Of a stretch of DNA of 64,000 nucleotides, positions 61,242-64,000 are shown piece by piece (within the stretch, counting starts at the first letter, position 1; each line of letters begins with the position of its first letter). Both the position numbers and the translations under genes were made by a program. The notes under the pieces were generated by a model that had not been told where the DNA came from, ran no database searches, and saw only the letters and a program-made list of their open reading frames with translations. The DNA lies in contig JALNKA010000003.1 in NCBI GenBank assembly GCA_023261815.1, forward strand, positions 1 through 64,000, read 5' to 3'. The DNA comes from Candidatus Wolframiiraptor sinensis. Lineage in GTDB: Archaea > Thermoproteota > Nitrososphaeria_A > Caldarchaeales > Wolframiiraptoraceae.

Positions 61242-62873
61242 TTACGGCATTTCTCCACGATGCTTCTTGGCATACCTTCTATCTACCACGTAGTCTATTC
61301 TGATGATGCTTGAAGCGACTTCTGTGCATGTTTTAAGAATCTGTTCTTTAACGGCGAGCGGCTCTATCAGCCCCACCTCGATAACGTTAGCGATGCACTT
61401 GGAGAATGCGTCTATACCATACTCCCACATGCCACTGACATGCTTGGCCCTTAAATCCGTCAGGATTGTTGTCGGATCAAGCCCAGAGTTTCTAGCCAGG
61501 AGAATGGGTATGACTTCGAGGGAATTCGCGAACGCTTGGATCGCTATCTGCTCTCTCCCCGGATACTTGAGCGACTCATTCCTAAGGACTATCGAGAGCG
61601 CCTCCTCAATAGCTCCGCCGCCAGGGACGTATGCAGGCTTCGCGGCGAGAGCGGAGATCATCACCACGGAATCCTTTATCGCGCGCTCCACCTCATCGGC
61701 CTGATACGGATCACCCCTCAAAAGTATCGTAGCTATCTTCGATGATCTACCCCCTTCAATAACCAGCATCCTGTCCCCTCCGATCTTACGCTCCTCCACG
61801 AGATCGGCATGCCCCAAATCATCCTCTCTAAGATCTTGAAGGTTTGCGATTCTCATAGCGCCCGTGGCCCTTACAATCAGTTCTATGCGCTCATCCTTTA
61901 ACAGTCTCTCAACGGCCATAACTCCAGCCCTTGCGAGTTCGTACTTTGCAACATTACCAATGCGCCTTCTACAGATAACAACATTAGCCCCAACGGAGAT
62001 TATCCGGTTAACAAACTCTTTCTCAATTTTATCTTCTTCCCCAATGAATTTCTTTACAAGTTCATCATTGGCAATGTGTATCTCACGTTTGTATGGTTGA
62101 AGATGCTTAAATGGATCGACCTTCAGCGCCATATCCAGTAGAGCCACCTTCGCATTTAGCATCCTTTTAGGCATCATCGGGTGCGCGAGCCCCCTATCTA
62201 AGACAACACCCATTATGAGCTCGCTTTCTAGAATACCTCTACCAGGCTTCTTAACGACCTGTATCACGTCCCTATCTATAATCACCTTGCCATCCCTGAA
62301 TTCAATCGCGGTGTTAACAGCTTTGATGATGAGATCGGCTAGATGATCGACGGCGACATCAATTCCCCTCGTTCTCAGCATGTTCCTGATAATATTTTTC
62401 ATCAATTCATCGTTATTCAGATCGAACGGTCTGGAGAAGCTTATCAGGCTGCTCAGAGCGATCTCGCATGCTCTCTTATAACCGCTGATTATGGTTCCAG
62501 GCCGAATCCCGCTTTCCATTAGCCTTTCAGCCCTCTTCACGAGTTCTCCGATCAATATTATCGCGGTCTTAGTGCCATCTCCGACGGCGCTCTCAACGCT
62601 CTTAGCGGTCTCCTTCAGAAATTTAGCAACTGGATGATATACATCCATCATGTCGAGAATTACAGCGCCATCTTTCGTGACGGCTGTATCCCCAAATTTA
62701 TTGATCATGAGCTTGCTCATCCCCATTGGTCCCAGAGAGCTCTTTAAGAACTCAGCCATGGACTTCGCAATCTCAATATTTCCCTCCCTCACCTTCTCCC
62801 TATGAGATTCGCGGACTCCCTCTCGGTACAATAGAAATGGATCACGAATTATGTAGCTTCGCTCAGATGACAT
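61242..62873 (-). CDS. Group II chaperonin (thermosome)-like subunit, divergent
   Basis: LGPMGMSK, TKDGAVIL, GDGTKTA, PGGGAIE, EPLAVK, IRID. Confidence 0.88.
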   Translation of the reverse strand: MSSERSYIIRDPFLLYREGVRESHREKVREGNIEIAKSMAEFLKSSLGPMGMSKLMINKFGDTAVTKDGAVILDMMDVYHPVAKFLKETAKSVESAVGDGTKTAIILIGELVKRAERLMESGIRPGTIISGYKRACEIALSSLISFSRPFDLNNDELMKNIIRNMLRTRGIDVAVDHLADLIIKAVNTAIEFRDGKVIIDRDVIQVVKKPGRGILESELIMGVVLDRGLAHPMMPKRMLNAKVALLDMALKVDPFKHLQPYKREIHIANDELVKKFIGEEDKIEKEFVNRIISVGANVVICRRRIGNVAKYELARAGVMAVERLLKDERIELIVRATGAMRIANLQDLREDDLGHADLVEERKIGGDRMLVIEGGRSSKIATILLRGDPYQADEVERAIKDSVVMISALAAKPAYVPGGGAIEEALSIVLRNESLKYPGREQIAIQAFANSLEVIPILLARNSGLDPTTILTDLRAKHVSGMWEYGIDAFSKCIANVIEVGLIEPLAVKEQILKTCTEVASSIIRIDYVVDRRYAKKHRGEMP

Positions 62874-63050
62874 GGTGCTTCTGGACGTAATTCCCGGCCT
62901 CGTTCCTTAATATACTCTTAATGCCTCGAGTCATAAGTCTGAAGATATGGCAAATGCTCGGGAGGGGGGGTGGCTAGTAGCGCGGCCTCCGGACATTATG
63001 CGGTGGAGATGTTTATATTATACTCTTTCCGTAAGAGTAGTCGAGTAAGT

Positions 63051-64000
63051 ATGTCTGGAGAAGGGCTGAAAAAAGAGAAGGAAGTGGGGGTTTTGGATGC
63101 GAGGATAACTAGGAGGAAGGCAATTGGAACCGCTGCAAAAATAGCTGGAGTCGCCGTTGCGGGTCTCGTCGTGGGAGGTGTTGCGGGATATCTTGCCAAG
63201 CCAGCCGCCCCCGCTGAGACAGTAACGAGAATTGTAACAGAAACTATTACTACTACCGTAGGCGAAGTGACTGTTACGGTTCCAACAACTGTGAGAGAAA
63301 CGGTCACTGTCACCGCAACAGCCCCTCCAACATTACTAGGATTGGCAGAGATGAGGAGAGAGCTGGCGCAAAGATATGCTACCGGAAAGCCCGGCGAGAA
63401 GTTCCTCGTAGGATATGTTACTTGGACTCTAGCCCAGGAGGCGCCCAAGTACGATTATCAGGGCGCAGACCAGGCATGCAAGCAGCTCGAATTGGAATTT
63501 AAGGGCATTGAAATCGGTGCCGAGGCTCTAAAGGCCATAGAGGCCACCGATGCGTTGATCGCTGCCGGCGCTAAGGGCATAGTTTACTGGGCGCCGGCGC
63601 TTGCTGCCATGGAGGAAATAGTCAAGCTGTGTGAGGCGAATAAAGTATTCGCAGCAACCGCCTGGTGCAGAGATCCGGCATTATTGCCCGGAGACAGAGG
63701 TCCATACTGGTTCCTAGAGTTCAGCACGATGTCAGATGAAATGAGCTTCCACTGCATGACCCTGCTCTTCGAGAAGATGAGGAAATATGGTAGAAGCAAG
63801 GTTTTACATGTACAGTCATCAAAGACCATCGCGCCGGACTCCACCGCGTTGATCAATCAAGGAATATCCATAGCTTGGAGGAGGTATCCATTCATAACGC
63901 TGCTGGGACACTATTGGGGTGAATGGGCATATCCAGGAGGCAGAAAAGCCGGAGAAGACGCATTGGCTGTTAGAACGGATTACGAGGCCGTTTGGGGCCA
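63051..64000 (+). CDS. Sugar ABC transporter substrate-binding protein (RbsB-like), partial
   Basis: ITRRKAIG twin-arginine-like signal plus TM, Thr/Val-rich linker, LIAAGAKGIV periplasmic-binding-protein pattern; open to the window end. Confidence 0.78.
   Translation, partial: MSGEGLKKEKEVGVLDARITRRKAIGTAAKIAGVAVAGLVVGGVAGYLAKPAAPAETVTRIVTETITTTVGEVTVTVPTTVRETVTVTATAPPTLLGLAEMRRELAQRYATGKPGEKFLVGYVTWTLAQEAPKYDYQGADQACKQLELEFKGIEIGAEALKAIEATDALIAAGAKGIVYWAPALAAMEEIVKLCEANKVFAATAWCRDPALLPGDRGPYWFLEFSTMSDEMSFHCMTLLFEKMRKYGRSKVLHVQSSKTIAPDSTALINQGISIAWRRYPFITLLGHYWGEWAYPGGRKAGEDALAVRTDYEAVWG

Noticed and set aside
63215-63330. Low-complexity ACT/GTA-rich tract
   Set aside because: It encodes the Thr/Val-rich linker typical of archaeal solute-binding proteins and is not a DNA repeat element.

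Overview
Chromosomal window of a GC-rich, probably thermophilic TACK archaeon. It carries archaeal RNAP/ribosomal genes, ESCRT-III, a thermosome-like protein, a W/Mo AOR and BHB introns; an Aigarchaeota/Caldarchaeales-like affinity is only an inference. Most of it is housekeeping: glycolysis/gluconeogenesis, aspartate-family biosynthesis, purine genes, an interrupted rpoD-L18e-L13-S9-rpoN-eno-S2 cluster, mevalonate genes, tRNA-Ala(CGC) and a sugar-utilisation/AOR cluster. Main finding: a ~1.77 kb element (~39880-41647) inserted inside a protein-coding gene. It carries a free-standing double-motif LAGLIDADG endonuclease and supplies its own AT-rich, recoded replacement 3' end for the host gene, while the original 3' end survives downstream still coupled (ATGA) to mevalonate kinase. 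Also notable: a stand-alone 23S rRNA gene with a clear BHB processing stem and two BHB introns (212 nt in the helix-35 region; 563 nt near E. coli 1927 with a LAGLIDADG ORF that has no stop inside the intron), a 58-aa histone-fold gene missed by the ORF track, and several frameshifted or decayed genes. All calls come from reading motifs by eye; no database searches were run.
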